Shown: positions 36,366-44,884 of the stretch, one piece after another
Position numbering within the stretch: position 1 is the first letter of the stretch
Layout: every line of letters starts with the position of its first letter
Source of the DNA: Deltaproteobacteria bacterium
Lineage (GTDB): Bacteria > Desulfobacterota > Syntrophia > Syntrophales > UBA6807
Length of the DNA stretch: 64,000 nt
Direction: 5' to 3'
Assembly (NCBI GenBank): GCA_016935565.1
Contig: JAFGQS010000110.1
Span: 27,532 to 91,531 of the forward strand
The notes under the pieces: generated by a model
What the model was told of the DNA's origin: nothing
The model's database searches: none
The model's input: only the letters and a program-made list of their open reading frames with translations
Position numbers and translations under genes: made by a program

Positions 36366-36906
36366 TTTAGCATCAGACCCGGTTTCTATGGTAGATACGG
36401 CGCGGCAAAATAATGCAAGATTCCTATGAGCACACGGTTGACATGTTTGTGTAATACAGATGATGTTTAGATTTGGCGGATATTCAATCGGGAAGGGTTG
36501 TTTCGTTACCATTGTAACATTGATGTCTTTTGAATTCTCAATTCAAAATTCTTTTCTTCTTATCCAATCGGATTTACAAACAACAGGCAGCGGAAAAATC
36601 GTTGTCGACGTCAAACACCCCAACATCAAGGCCAAATATTTGACGACATCTCTAATTCTTCAGGACATGATGGGTGGTATTGCTTCACTGAATAATGACA
36701 CATTGCGAAGGAGCATAGCATACTGTTGACATACTACCTCTTTTTCTGGTAACGGAGGGGACGATCTTTTCCACGTTTGATAAATGAAATATAGTGATAT
36801 CCATATGTTTTTAAATTCCGAGCCACTGTCGGTATGAAAAAAAGGAAAGGGGACAACCATAGCAGAAAGGACTCCCTAACATCCTAAACAATTGATCAGG
36901 TAGGGT

Positions 36907-38241
36907 ATGAAGCAATCAAAGCTGGAATATTTCATTATTATAGGTTGTACGTTGGGGCTCCTTATCCTTTTCCCCTCTCTCTCTTCCGTGACAACGACGA
37001 CACCCTCTCAGTCCATTACACAATCCTTCGTTCCCGAAGCTCTCGTTTCTCTTTCAACAGATTACGCAATTATTGTAGACAAAACCATGCAAAAGGTATT
37101 CGTATTTCATTTCTCTGAAGGAATGTTTGACGTGGTGTATGAAGCCGATTGTTCGACAGGCAAGAATAAAGGAATGAAAATTGTATCGGGAGATGGAAGA
37201 ACACCGGAAGGTATATACTTTGCAATAAAATTCTATGATGATGCCGATCTGTCGTCAACCTATGGATCAATGGCCTTCGATCTTGATTACCCGAACGTGA
37301 TCGACAAAAAAGAGGGTAAGGATGGAAACAATATATGGATGCATGGAACGAATAAACCGCTGCGGGCACATCAGTCAAATGGATGTGTTACCTTAGCGAA
37401 CAGCGATATTGATACGATCTCCCGGTATGTGACATTGTATAAAACGCCGGTGATCATTCAGGATTATATACGTTGGGTGCCACAGAAAGTTCTAACCTCG
37501 CTGAAAAAAGAAATGGAACGTGCTTTGAATTTCTGGATCAAAGCATGTATACAAGGAAATTTGGAAGGAATAAAGGCCCTGTATAATAATGAAGCTTCCA
37601 TGGACGTACGGAGTCTTAACGCTCTCATGAAATATGTCAATAGATGGACGGCAATCGGTATGGCCGTCTCTTCATATCCGACAGATGTCTCGATATTGAA
37701 ACATGATCATTACACCCTCGTCACGTTTGATCATGTGATTTCACTCAATAATGATAAGAACGGCAGATGCGGTTATCGAAATCTTTATCTGAAAAAAAAC
37801 AAGAACAAATGGTTCATCGTGGGTGATACATTGCAATCAACGACCGGGGAAACGCACTTTATCGCTCGTTTAGATGCCCTTGATCAGGCTGTTTCCTGTG
37901 ACGACAGTATTAAACAGGTTATAAATAACTGGGTACAGGCATGGGAATCGGGGAATATGGAGCGATATGGTACATTTTATTCCTCTGATTTCAGAACAAC
38001 GGGCATGAATCTGAATGGCTGGATATCGCATAAGACAATGCTCAGCCAACGTAACAAAGATCTCCGAATCACTTTTGAAGATATCACAATCTCATTACAC
38101 CCGAACAGGGTTGTTGCAACTTTTAAACAAACCTATCGTTCATCACAACATAGCGACGTGGGCTTTAAAAAACTCTATTTCAAAAAAGAAAATGATGAAT
38201 GGAAAATATACAGAGAATCATGGCGGTCTTTAGCCCGGTAA
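36907..38241 (+). CDS. YkuD-fold (L,D-transpeptidase/carboxypeptidase) protein with two NTF2/SnoaL-like domains (Csd6/Pgp2-like architecture)
   Basis: Signal/anchor sequence. Catalytic-domain motifs GDGRTPEGIY...YPN...IWMHGT...HQSNGCVTLAN (His/Cys of the YkuD fold). Two NTF2-like segments follow (ALNFWIKACIQGNLEGIKALY... and VINNWVQAWESGNMERYGTFYSSDF...). Confidence 0.75.
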   Translation: MKQSKLEYFIIIGCTLGLLILFPSLSSVTTTTPSQSITQSFVPEALVSLSTDYAIIVDKTMQKVFVFHFSEGMFDVVYEADCSTGKNKGMKIVSGDGRTPEGIYFAIKFYDDADLSSTYGSMAFDLDYPNVIDKKEGKDGNNIWMHGTNKPLRAHQSNGCVTLANSDIDTISRYVTLYKTPVIIQDYIRWVPQKVLTSLKKEMERALNFWIKACIQGNLEGIKALYNNEASMDVRSLNALMKYVNRWTAIGMAVSSYPTDVSILKHDHYTLVTFDHVISLNNDKNGRCGYRNLYLKKNKNKWFIVGDTLQSTTGETHFIARLDALDQAVSCDDSIKQVINNWVQAWESGNMERYGTFYSSDFRTTGMNLNGWISHKTMLSQRNKDLRITFEDITISLHPNRVVATFKQTYRSSQHSDVGFKKLYFKKENDEWKIYRESWRSLAR

Positions 38242-38263
38242 TACCATAGCCGATAATAATGAT

Positions 38264-38995
38264 ATGAAAATTGAAAAAAACAAAAAAAGCTGGTCGATAT
38301 TCATCATCGGAGACAAAAGACAGCACAGTTCTTTTGAAATCACAAAAAAATTCCTCGTATCATTTGTTGTCATGGTTGGGGCTCTTACCGTGCTTATCCC
38401 CGCTCTTTTCTGGTTTCACAACAGATCACTCATAACTGTTCAAAAAGAGCTGGTCGATAAAATAACCGAAACTCAGAATTTACTGACTTGCTCCCTTCAA
38501 ACAAATGCGGAGCTCTCCAGGAAAAACGAAGAGCTTGAAGAAGCACTGTCGTCTACTTTCAAAAACACATCAATCGCAAAATCAGAATCCCCTGTAGGCC
38601 CCATAGACGATTTCAATCACATGACGGTGGAAAACTTACAAATGAGCATCGATAAAGCCACCGATATGTTGTATTGTACTTTTTTATTACGAAGCAATAA
38701 GAGAGATAATGTTCCCATCTCCGGATATATCTTCGTCATTCTCAAGCCCGACTACCTGAATTCAATGTCCTGGAAAGGCTATCCTCAAAGGATATTGAAG
38801 GAAGGCATACTGCAGGATTTCACAAAAGGTGAACGTTTCACTATTGCCAGATTCAAAACAATTCGGAGCAAACTCAGAAATATCTCGGAACAGAGCGGCT
38901 CCGCATTCATTTCAATATTGGTGTTTTCAGGTGACGGCAAACTCATCCTTATAAAAGATTTTTACATTAAAACGTTTGGGTCCGAAGATACATGA
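38264..38995 (+). CDS. Hypothetical membrane-anchored coiled-coil protein
   Basis: 243 aa. The N-terminus KSWSIFIIGDKRQHSSFEITKKFL plus a transmembrane helix and coiled coil resembles the N-terminal architecture seen in many membrane-bound M23 peptidases. No LytM motifs (HxxxD/HxH) follow. It overlaps the next gene by 4 nt (ATGA). Confidence 0.5.
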   Translation: MKIEKNKKSWSIFIIGDKRQHSSFEITKKFLVSFVVMVGALTVLIPALFWFHNRSLITVQKELVDKITETQNLLTCSLQTNAELSRKNEELEEALSSTFKNTSIAKSESPVGPIDDFNHMTVENLQMSIDKATDMLYCTFLLRSNKRDNVPISGYIFVILKPDYLNSMSWKGYPQRILKEGILQDFTKGERFTIARFKTIRSKLRNISEQSGSAFISILVFSGDGKLILIKDFYIKTFGSEDT

Positions 38996-40824
38996 TTCAG
39001 TCAAAACTTATAATGAAACAAAGAACTCGCCGTAGCACCAACGCTATAATGTTACTCATTCTCGGTGTTATTTTCTTTTCCATGATAACGTGGAATTCAG
39101 CCTGGTGTAAAAATACGTATGAAACGTTCTTTTCAGGAACGGATTATGAACTGAACGTTTACAGGATTAAAGGTAAGTTACCGGGTAAAACGATCCTCAT
39201 TATCGGCGGAATCCAGGGGGACGAACCGGGGGGATTCCTTTCTGCCGATCTTTATGCCGATATGAAGTTAGCCCAGGGTAACCTGATTGTCGTCCCGAGA
39301 GCGAATTTCTACTCTATTGTTATGAATCGCCGTCAAATCAATGAAGATATGAACAGAAAGTTCACGGAACCGTCAAAACGTAATTACGAAGCCCAGGTTG
39401 TCGCTATATTAAAACAATTGATCGAAGAGAGTGATTGTCTCTTGAATCTTCATGATGGATCGGGGTTTTATTGTGATACGTGGCAGAGTGAGACGAGAAA
39501 TCCCATGCGATTTGGTCAATCCATTATCGTTGACTGTGAAACGTATAACAATCCGAGGACCAATAAGGTTCTCAAATTAGGAGACATGTCCAGGCATGTT
39601 ATCAACGAAATTAATCGACATATTGAAAAACCGGATTTTTATTTCCACCTCAATAATCACCGTACCAATGATCAAAACACTCTTCATCCTGAGCAGAGAA
39701 AATCAGCCACCTATTATGCCCTCTTCAAATGCGGAATTCCGTCTTTCGGCATTGAAACCAGCAAAGCGATATCCCTTGAAACAAGAATCTATCACCATAA
39801 TCTGGCAATCAATGAGTTTATGCGTCTGTTTGATATACGACACGAGGTACCCGGCATATTCATGGACCACCCGACCACAAAATACGTTGTTATAAAAGTC
39901 AACGACAAACCGCCCGTCGTGGTGGCGGACCAGGAAACACTGAACATATCCCGAGGAGACATTCTAAAGATCATTCATGTCGAATCAAACTATGAACGGG
40001 GACTCAGTGCCGACATTGAGGGATACGGATCAATCAACGATCTGAATAAAGCCTTTGTGATTAATCATCCCACCACGGTCGTTATTCGGAAAGATCATGA
40101 GCAGTGTGGAAATATACATATTGCCCTGAATGAAGACAATAACACTGTTCATACAATAACCAAAAATCCCCGGGTTGTTTATTTCAGAGTCAGGATTAAC
40201 GGCGAAGAACGATATTTTCCCAATGGCACACACGTGGATGTTATTAAGGGAGATTACATTGAACTGATCGATGCAGGAACAACTCCGGAGTCTTATCCCG
40301 GTATTGTTGTTAATTTCAAGGGATTTGTGGGAAATCGAACGGTTAACACCGGAGAAGACAGAGGTTGTATTATCCATACCGACCGGGATCTATGGAAGCG
40401 ATATTCTCTTTATAAAAAAGGTCGTATTTATCAGGTCGTTGTGGAAAGAGGAATCTCAATTATCGGAAGATTATTTGTGGATTTAAAGGAACCTTCGTTT
40501 CATTACATCGTGCTTCAGATAAACGGCAGGGAAAAACGTTGTTTCTGTCAGAATGAATCCATCGCCATTAATCGCGATGACACCATCAAACTCATCGATA
40601 TCAAAACGAATGTTCCCCATAATGTTAATATAAGAAGTGTCCTACATGGAAACGACATTCCCATACCTCTCCGGGTGGGAAGCTCTGTCACTGCCAACCA
40701 TTTAAACAGACATAAGAGTTTTTATACAATAACGGTCCACAGAGGAGATATGAAAATTGGTTCTATTCCTCTTACGGTCTTGGATAACAAAATGGCTTGT
40801 CGAGATAAGAAACAACTGCAATGA
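38992..40824 (+). CDS. M14-family carboxypeptidase-like protein with Gln-x-x-Glu...His ligand pattern (Csd4/Pgp1-like) plus three C-terminal beta-rich repeats
   Basis: GGIQGDEPGG (Q75, E78), NLHDGSG (H154) and GIETSK (E255) have spacing like that of the H. pylori Csd4 Zn ligands and catalytic Glu. N-terminal signal/anchor. Amino acids 297-598 form three repeats of about 100 aa. Confidence 0.7.
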   Translation: MIQSKLIMKQRTRRSTNAIMLLILGVIFFSMITWNSAWCKNTYETFFSGTDYELNVYRIKGKLPGKTILIIGGIQGDEPGGFLSADLYADMKLAQGNLIVVPRANFYSIVMNRRQINEDMNRKFTEPSKRNYEAQVVAILKQLIEESDCLLNLHDGSGFYCDTWQSETRNPMRFGQSIIVDCETYNNPRTNKVLKLGDMSRHVINEINRHIEKPDFYFHLNNHRTNDQNTLHPEQRKSATYYALFKCGIPSFGIETSKAISLETRIYHHNLAINEFMRLFDIRHEVPGIFMDHPTTKYVVIKVNDKPPVVVADQETLNISRGDILKIIHVESNYERGLSADIEGYGSINDLNKAFVINHPTTVVIRKDHEQCGNIHIALNEDNNTVHTITKNPRVVYFRVRINGEERYFPNGTHVDVIKGDYIELIDAGTTPESYPGIVVNFKGFVGNRTVNTGEDRGCIIHTDRDLWKRYSLYKKGRIYQVVVERGISIIGRLFVDLKEPSFHYIVLQINGREKRCFCQNESIAINRDDTIKLIDIKTNVPHNVNIRSVLHGNDIPIPLRVGSSVTANHLNRHKSFYTITVHRGDMKIGSIPLTVLDNKMACRDKKQLQ

Positions 40825-40859
40825 TATTGAATCAATCGGTCTGAACGAGGAGATATGAA

Positions 40860-41186
40860 GTGAAAGCAAATCAAAAAAACATTTCTATTATTAATAAAGA
40901 TTGTAAACTTGAAGGGAATTTGGATTTTAAGGGATACTTGATTGTGGCGGGATCCATTGATGGCATAGTAAATGCCGAAACGATAATCACCGAAGAAGAT
41001 AGTCATATAAAAGCAAAAGTTAAAGCTGCATTCCTGACAATTGCCGGTTCTTTTGAAGGTGAAATCAAGGTGGTCGAAACCCTTACACTGCTGAAAACTT
41101 CAACAGTTAATGCATGTATCCAATGTGGCAATCTCATCATCGAAGATGGTTGCACATTTAACGGTAAAATTATTGGTTTAGTCTGA
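40860..41186 (+). CDS. Bactofilin (CcmA-like)
   Basis: 108 aa. Repetitive beta-helix pattern (CKLEGNLDFKGYLIVAGSIDGIVNAE...IKAKVKAAFLTIAGSFEGEIKVVETLTLLKTSTVNACIQCGNLIIEDGCTFNGKI). GTG start with GAGGAG 8 nt upstream. Confidence 0.85.
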   Translation: MKANQKNISIINKDCKLEGNLDFKGYLIVAGSIDGIVNAETIITEEDSHIKAKVKAAFLTIAGSFEGEIKVVETLTLLKTSTVNACIQCGNLIIEDGCTFNGKIIGLV

Positions 41187-41324
41187 TTATTTCTCGGAAG
41201 AATGAGTCGTTACTACCTCTTTTTACAATCGAGGCATATAGAGACATTATGTCTGGCACTCTCCGCTCTCGTGATTGTTACTCATTGTTGCGGATTATTT
41301 GTTAGTGCACTGATACGATGCTCC

Positions 41325-42707
41325 TTACTCTGAAATACTATATCGTTTCAGCTTTTCGACGAAGGTTGTTCTATTCAAATGAAGTAATTTTGCTGCCCTG
41401 TTTTTGACACCTCCTGATTTCCTGAGTGCCTTCTGAAGGATATCTTTTTCAAATTCATTGACCATTTCATTAAGATTCAAGCCCTCATCCGGAAGGTCAA
41501 CGCTACCGATCACATGGTTGGCTCTCGAGGGGCTCAACTTGATTTTTTCGGGAAGAGCTTCAACATTTATAGACCCTTCTCCTTTCATAACAACAAGCAT
41601 TTCAATCAAATTCTGTAACTCTCGCACATTACCGGGCCAGTGATACTTCATCATGTAATCCATGGCTTCCGGAGTCAATCCCTCAATATTTTTCTTCTTT
41701 GATTTATTAAATACTCTTATAAAATGGTTAATCAAGATAGGAATGTCTACCATTCTTTCCCTGAGTGGTGGAAGATGAATTGGTATGACATTTATGCGAT
41801 AAAATAGATCTTCCCTGAATTTTTTTTCTTCCACGGCTTTTTCTAAATTCTGGTGTGTTGCGGCAATAATTCTCACGTCTGCATCTATTGTCTTTACTCC
41901 CCCAATACGCTCAAACTGCCGTTCCTGTATTACTCTCAACACTTTTACTTGAAGAGACGGGCTCATATCACCTATCTCATCGAGAAAAATCGAACCACTC
42001 TGTGCCAATTCAAACCGACCGGTCCTGCTTCTGATGGCTCCTGTGAACGCTCCCTTTTCATGGCCGAACAATTCACTCTCAAGCAGCTCTTCCGGTATGG
42101 CCCCGCAATTGACCGTGACAAGCGGATTCGCTTGTCTGTCGCTGTTAAAATGAATGGCCCGCGCTACCAGTTCCTTGCCCGTTCCACTTTCTCCGTATAT
42201 GATAACAGTACTGTCCGAAGAAGAAACCTTTTCAATCGTGCTGAAAATCTTCTTCATGCTGTCACTATAGCCAATCATTTTGCCAAAGTCATACTTCTTT
42301 CTTAAATGATCCTTCAGTGCAATGTTTTCATCTTTTAGCTTTGCAAATGAGAGGGCACGTTCGATCGTCATTTCGACACGGTCATCTTTTAATGGTTTCG
42401 TTATGTAATCGAAAGCTCCCAACTTCATTGCATCAACAGCACTCTTGACGGTGGCATAACCTGTAACGACGACGACGACATTGTCAGGATTTATATCTTT
42501 GACGAACCTGAGGAGTTGCAAACCATCGACATGGGGCATTTTTAAATCCGTAATGACAAGATCATATTTATCAGTCGGAAATGCCTCCATTGCCTCCTTA
42601 CCATTACTTACGGCCATAACATCATAACCACTCTCGGACAACAATTCCGTCAGATTTTGTCTGTTCAGATCATCGTCTTCCGCAATCAATATCTTAGCTC
42701 TTTTCAT
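41325..42707 (-). CDS. Orphan sigma54-dependent response regulator (NtrC family)
   Basis: REC domain ([11 protein letters not shown]...VITDLKMP), AAA+ domain ([14 protein letters not shown]) and a C-terminal HTH. No kinase gene is adjacent. Confidence 0.9.
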   Translation of the reverse strand: MKRAKILIAEDDDLNRQNLTELLSESGYDVMAVSNGKEAMEAFPTDKYDLVITDLKMPHVDGLQLLRFVKDINPDNVVVVVTGYATVKSAVDAMKLGAFDYITKPLKDDRVEMTIERALSFAKLKDENIALKDHLRKKYDFGKMIGYSDSMKKIFSTIEKVSSSDSTVIIYGESGTGKELVARAIHFNSDRQANPLVTVNCGAIPEELLESELFGHEKGAFTGAIRSRTGRFELAQSGSIFLDEIGDMSPSLQVKVLRVIQERQFERIGGVKTIDADVRIIAATHQNLEKAVEEKKFREDLFYRINVIPIHLPPLRERMVDIPILINHFIRVFNKSKKKNIEGLTPEAMDYMMKYHWPGNVRELQNLIEMLVVMKGEGSINVEALPEKIKLSPSRANHVIGSVDLPDEGLNLNEMVNEFEKDILQKALRKSGGVKNRAAKLLHLNRTTFVEKLKRYSISE

Positions 42708-42887
42708 AGTGCTCTTTCTTTATCTTGTTCCTTCGGTGAAATAGCCAGTTCTGCATCCTATGAAGCACTCATCTTTATGCCGTTATTTTTACTAAAAAAA
42801 TGAAACATTAGTCAACATGAAATATCCATTGATTCGATAGTACTCCCGATTTTGAGCAAAAAAGGGCATCTATTTCCAAAATCCTCC

Positions 42888-42915
42888 TAAAGTTTTTAGT
42901 CTTCTTTACCGATTT
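42888..42915 (+). promoter_or_regulatory. Sigma28-type promoter candidate
   Basis: TAAAGTTTTTAGTCTTCTTTACCGATTT. The extended -35 TAAAGTTT is perfect. The -10 is ACCGATTT (5 of 8, core CCGAT) with the same N16 spacing as the candidate at 4340-4368. Confidence 0.45.
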
Positions 42916-42965
42916 AACAATCAAACACAAAAAAAATCATCATTATATGTGACGTGAGGTGCGCC

Positions 42966-43175
42966 ATGACAATATCGCCTTATCAGGTAGAAAGTGTTCT
43001 CAAGGCGTATAATAAACAAAGTGAAACAAGGAAGTCCGTTCCCCAGAGCAATGACAAACCCGTGGTATACACCGATGTGGTAACATTATCCTCGGAAAAC
43101 AATAAAGAAGAGGCATTTGAAAAAATTTCATACGGCCTGTTAGAAATTATTCTGCAAAACAAAAAGCCTGAATAA
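42966..43175 (+). CDS. Small protein, possible short FlgM-like anti-sigma28 factor
   Basis: 69 aa from ATG 42966, with GTGAGGTG upstream. SPYQVESVLKAYNKQ and TDVVTLSSENNKE resemble, from memory, the NPYQKNYDKQ and DKIEISSQAKE blocks of Bacillus-type FlgM. The usual C-terminal helix is short or absent. Confidence 0.35.
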   Translation: MTISPYQVESVLKAYNKQSETRKSVPQSNDKPVVYTDVVTLSSENNKEEAFEKISYGLLEIILQNKKPE

Positions 43176-43264
43176 GGGAATGTCCTGTTTCTAAATCAGA
43201 GTTATCGTACACATTGTATACACTAAACATTTGTTTTCCGTTTTTTATTTTCAAAGACCTGTCT

Positions 43265-44728
43265 ATGATACCACATTACAATACAGATCAAAAATCAATC
43301 CTGATAGTCGACGACGATATCACCACAAGATCTCTTATAGCCGATGCCTTCGAGGAAACGGGTGATTTTATAACGAAAGAGGTCGAAAACGGTATTGCTG
43401 CACTGGAACTTTTTCAAAAAGAACCGTACGATCTCGTTATAAGCGACATCAATATGCCCGGCATGAGTGGCATTGAATTGTTAAACAAAATAAGGTCAAT
43501 AGATCCTTCAACCTATGTAATTATGATAACAGGTTTTCCTTCGATAGAAATTTCTGTTTCTGCCATGAAGGATGGGGCCGTCGACTTCATTACAAAGCCT
43601 TTTAAAATTGATGATCTGATTCATAAGACACAACTCTATTTACGGCAGAAAACTGCGATTTCTGAAGCGGACATGAAACTCAAGGTTGATTATGCCCGGC
43701 TGAATGATAAAATCAAGGAATTATCAACCGTGAATTATATATACGATATTATAGAAAAGATGGGTGGTGATAACGATCATATATTCGAAGAAATCGTTTC
43801 ACTTGCATCAAAGGTGGCAGGGGGAGAAAGCTGCTCGTTATTACTCTTTGACGAAGCGAAAGATGAGTTTTATCCCAAAATAGTCTCGCACTCAGGCAAT
43901 GGCGATCATTGTGAAATTTCCCGTGTGCTGACACCGATATTCAGAGAAGTAGCACGGAAGAAAGAACCTCTCATGATAAACTCCAGTACCAATCCCGAGC
44001 TCTATAAATCCCTCATGTGTGTGCCGTTAACAATCAGAAATAACGTATTCGGACTGTTGAATCTTATTACAAAACAATATGAAAAAGAGTTTTCTGAAAA
44101 GGATCTGAACTACATTGTTAATCTGTCTACCCGGGCCGCCCTAAATATAGAAAACAAGATGCTCTATGAAAGTATATATGTGAGTATACTGGACACCTTT
44201 ACATCCCTCGTCCAATCAATTCAGGTTCGAGACCATTACACGGAAGTCCATTCAAGAAATGTGACTGCACTGTCTGTTAAGATTGCGGAGGCAATGAAAT
44301 GCTCGTCTCACGAAATTGAATCTCTCAAAATTGCAGCGATGTTACATGACATCGGGAAAATTGCCATACCTGATCAGGTACTGTTAAAACCGGGGCGCCT
44401 GACGGACGAAGAATATACCATCATTAAAAATCATCCGGTTATCGGTGAAAATATCCTTAAGTCCATTACACTGTTTGACAAGGAAAGAGAAATTATCCGT
44501 CATCATCATGAACGATGGGATGGTAGAGGTTACCCAGACGGACTTTCCACAACAGACATTCCGAAACTTTCGAGAATCATCAGCGTCGCCGATTCATTCG
44601 ACGCCATGACAAGCGACCGCCCATACAGGAAAGGATTGAAAATCGAACAAGCAATCGAAGAACTCATCCGTAACTGCAACCTCCAATTCGATACAGAGGC
44701 AGTGGACGCCTTTATGTCGACGCTATAG
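43265..44728 (+). CDS. Response regulator with GAF and HD-GYP domains (c-di-GMP phosphodiesterase, RpfG family)
   Basis: REC domain (ILIVDDDITTR...VISDINMPG), a central GAF-like region, and HD-GYP motifs HDIGKIAIPD and HHERWDGRGYPDG. The start is moved to ATG 43265 (the ORF track uses TTG 43214). Confidence 0.9.
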   Translation: MIPHYNTDQKSILIVDDDITTRSLIADAFEETGDFITKEVENGIAALELFQKEPYDLVISDINMPGMSGIELLNKIRSIDPSTYVIMITGFPSIEISVSAMKDGAVDFITKPFKIDDLIHKTQLYLRQKTAISEADMKLKVDYARLNDKIKELSTVNYIYDIIEKMGGDNDHIFEEIVSLASKVAGGESCSLLLFDEAKDEFYPKIVSHSGNGDHCEISRVLTPIFREVARKKEPLMINSSTNPELYKSLMCVPLTIRNNVFGLLNLITKQYEKEFSEKDLNYIVNLSTRAALNIENKMLYESIYVSILDTFTSLVQSIQVRDHYTEVHSRNVTALSVKIAEAMKCSSHEIESLKIAAMLHDIGKIAIPDQVLLKPGRLTDEEYTIIKNHPVIGENILKSITLFDKEREIIRHHHERWDGRGYPDGLSTTDIPKLSRIISVADSFDAMTSDRPYRKGLKIEQAIEELIRNCNLQFDTEAVDAFMSTL

Positions 44729-44814
44729 GAATCATTATTCTCTACAAACTCTTCCCGAGATAACGGGAACCGTTCGATCCTCTTTCACACCTCCCTCCCA
44801 TTAAATCCCAAATC

Positions 44815-44830
44815 TGGCACAGATACTGCA
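44815..44830 (+). promoter_or_regulatory. Sigma54 promoter candidate for the PilZ gene
   Basis: TGGCACAGATACTGCA has correct spacing, with CTGC in place of TTGC at -12. It lies 55-70 nt upstream of ATG 44885. Confidence 0.5.
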
Positions 44831-44884
44831 CATCTTATTAAGTAAATTATCCGGAAGACCGCATCTTATGAAAAGGAACAAACT

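Noticed and set aside
36460-36860. An 89-aa (plus strand) and a 66-aa (minus strand) ORF in the divergent intergenic region.
   Set aside because: They overlap each other, have no RBS or recognisable domains, and lie in AT-rich promoter DNA.
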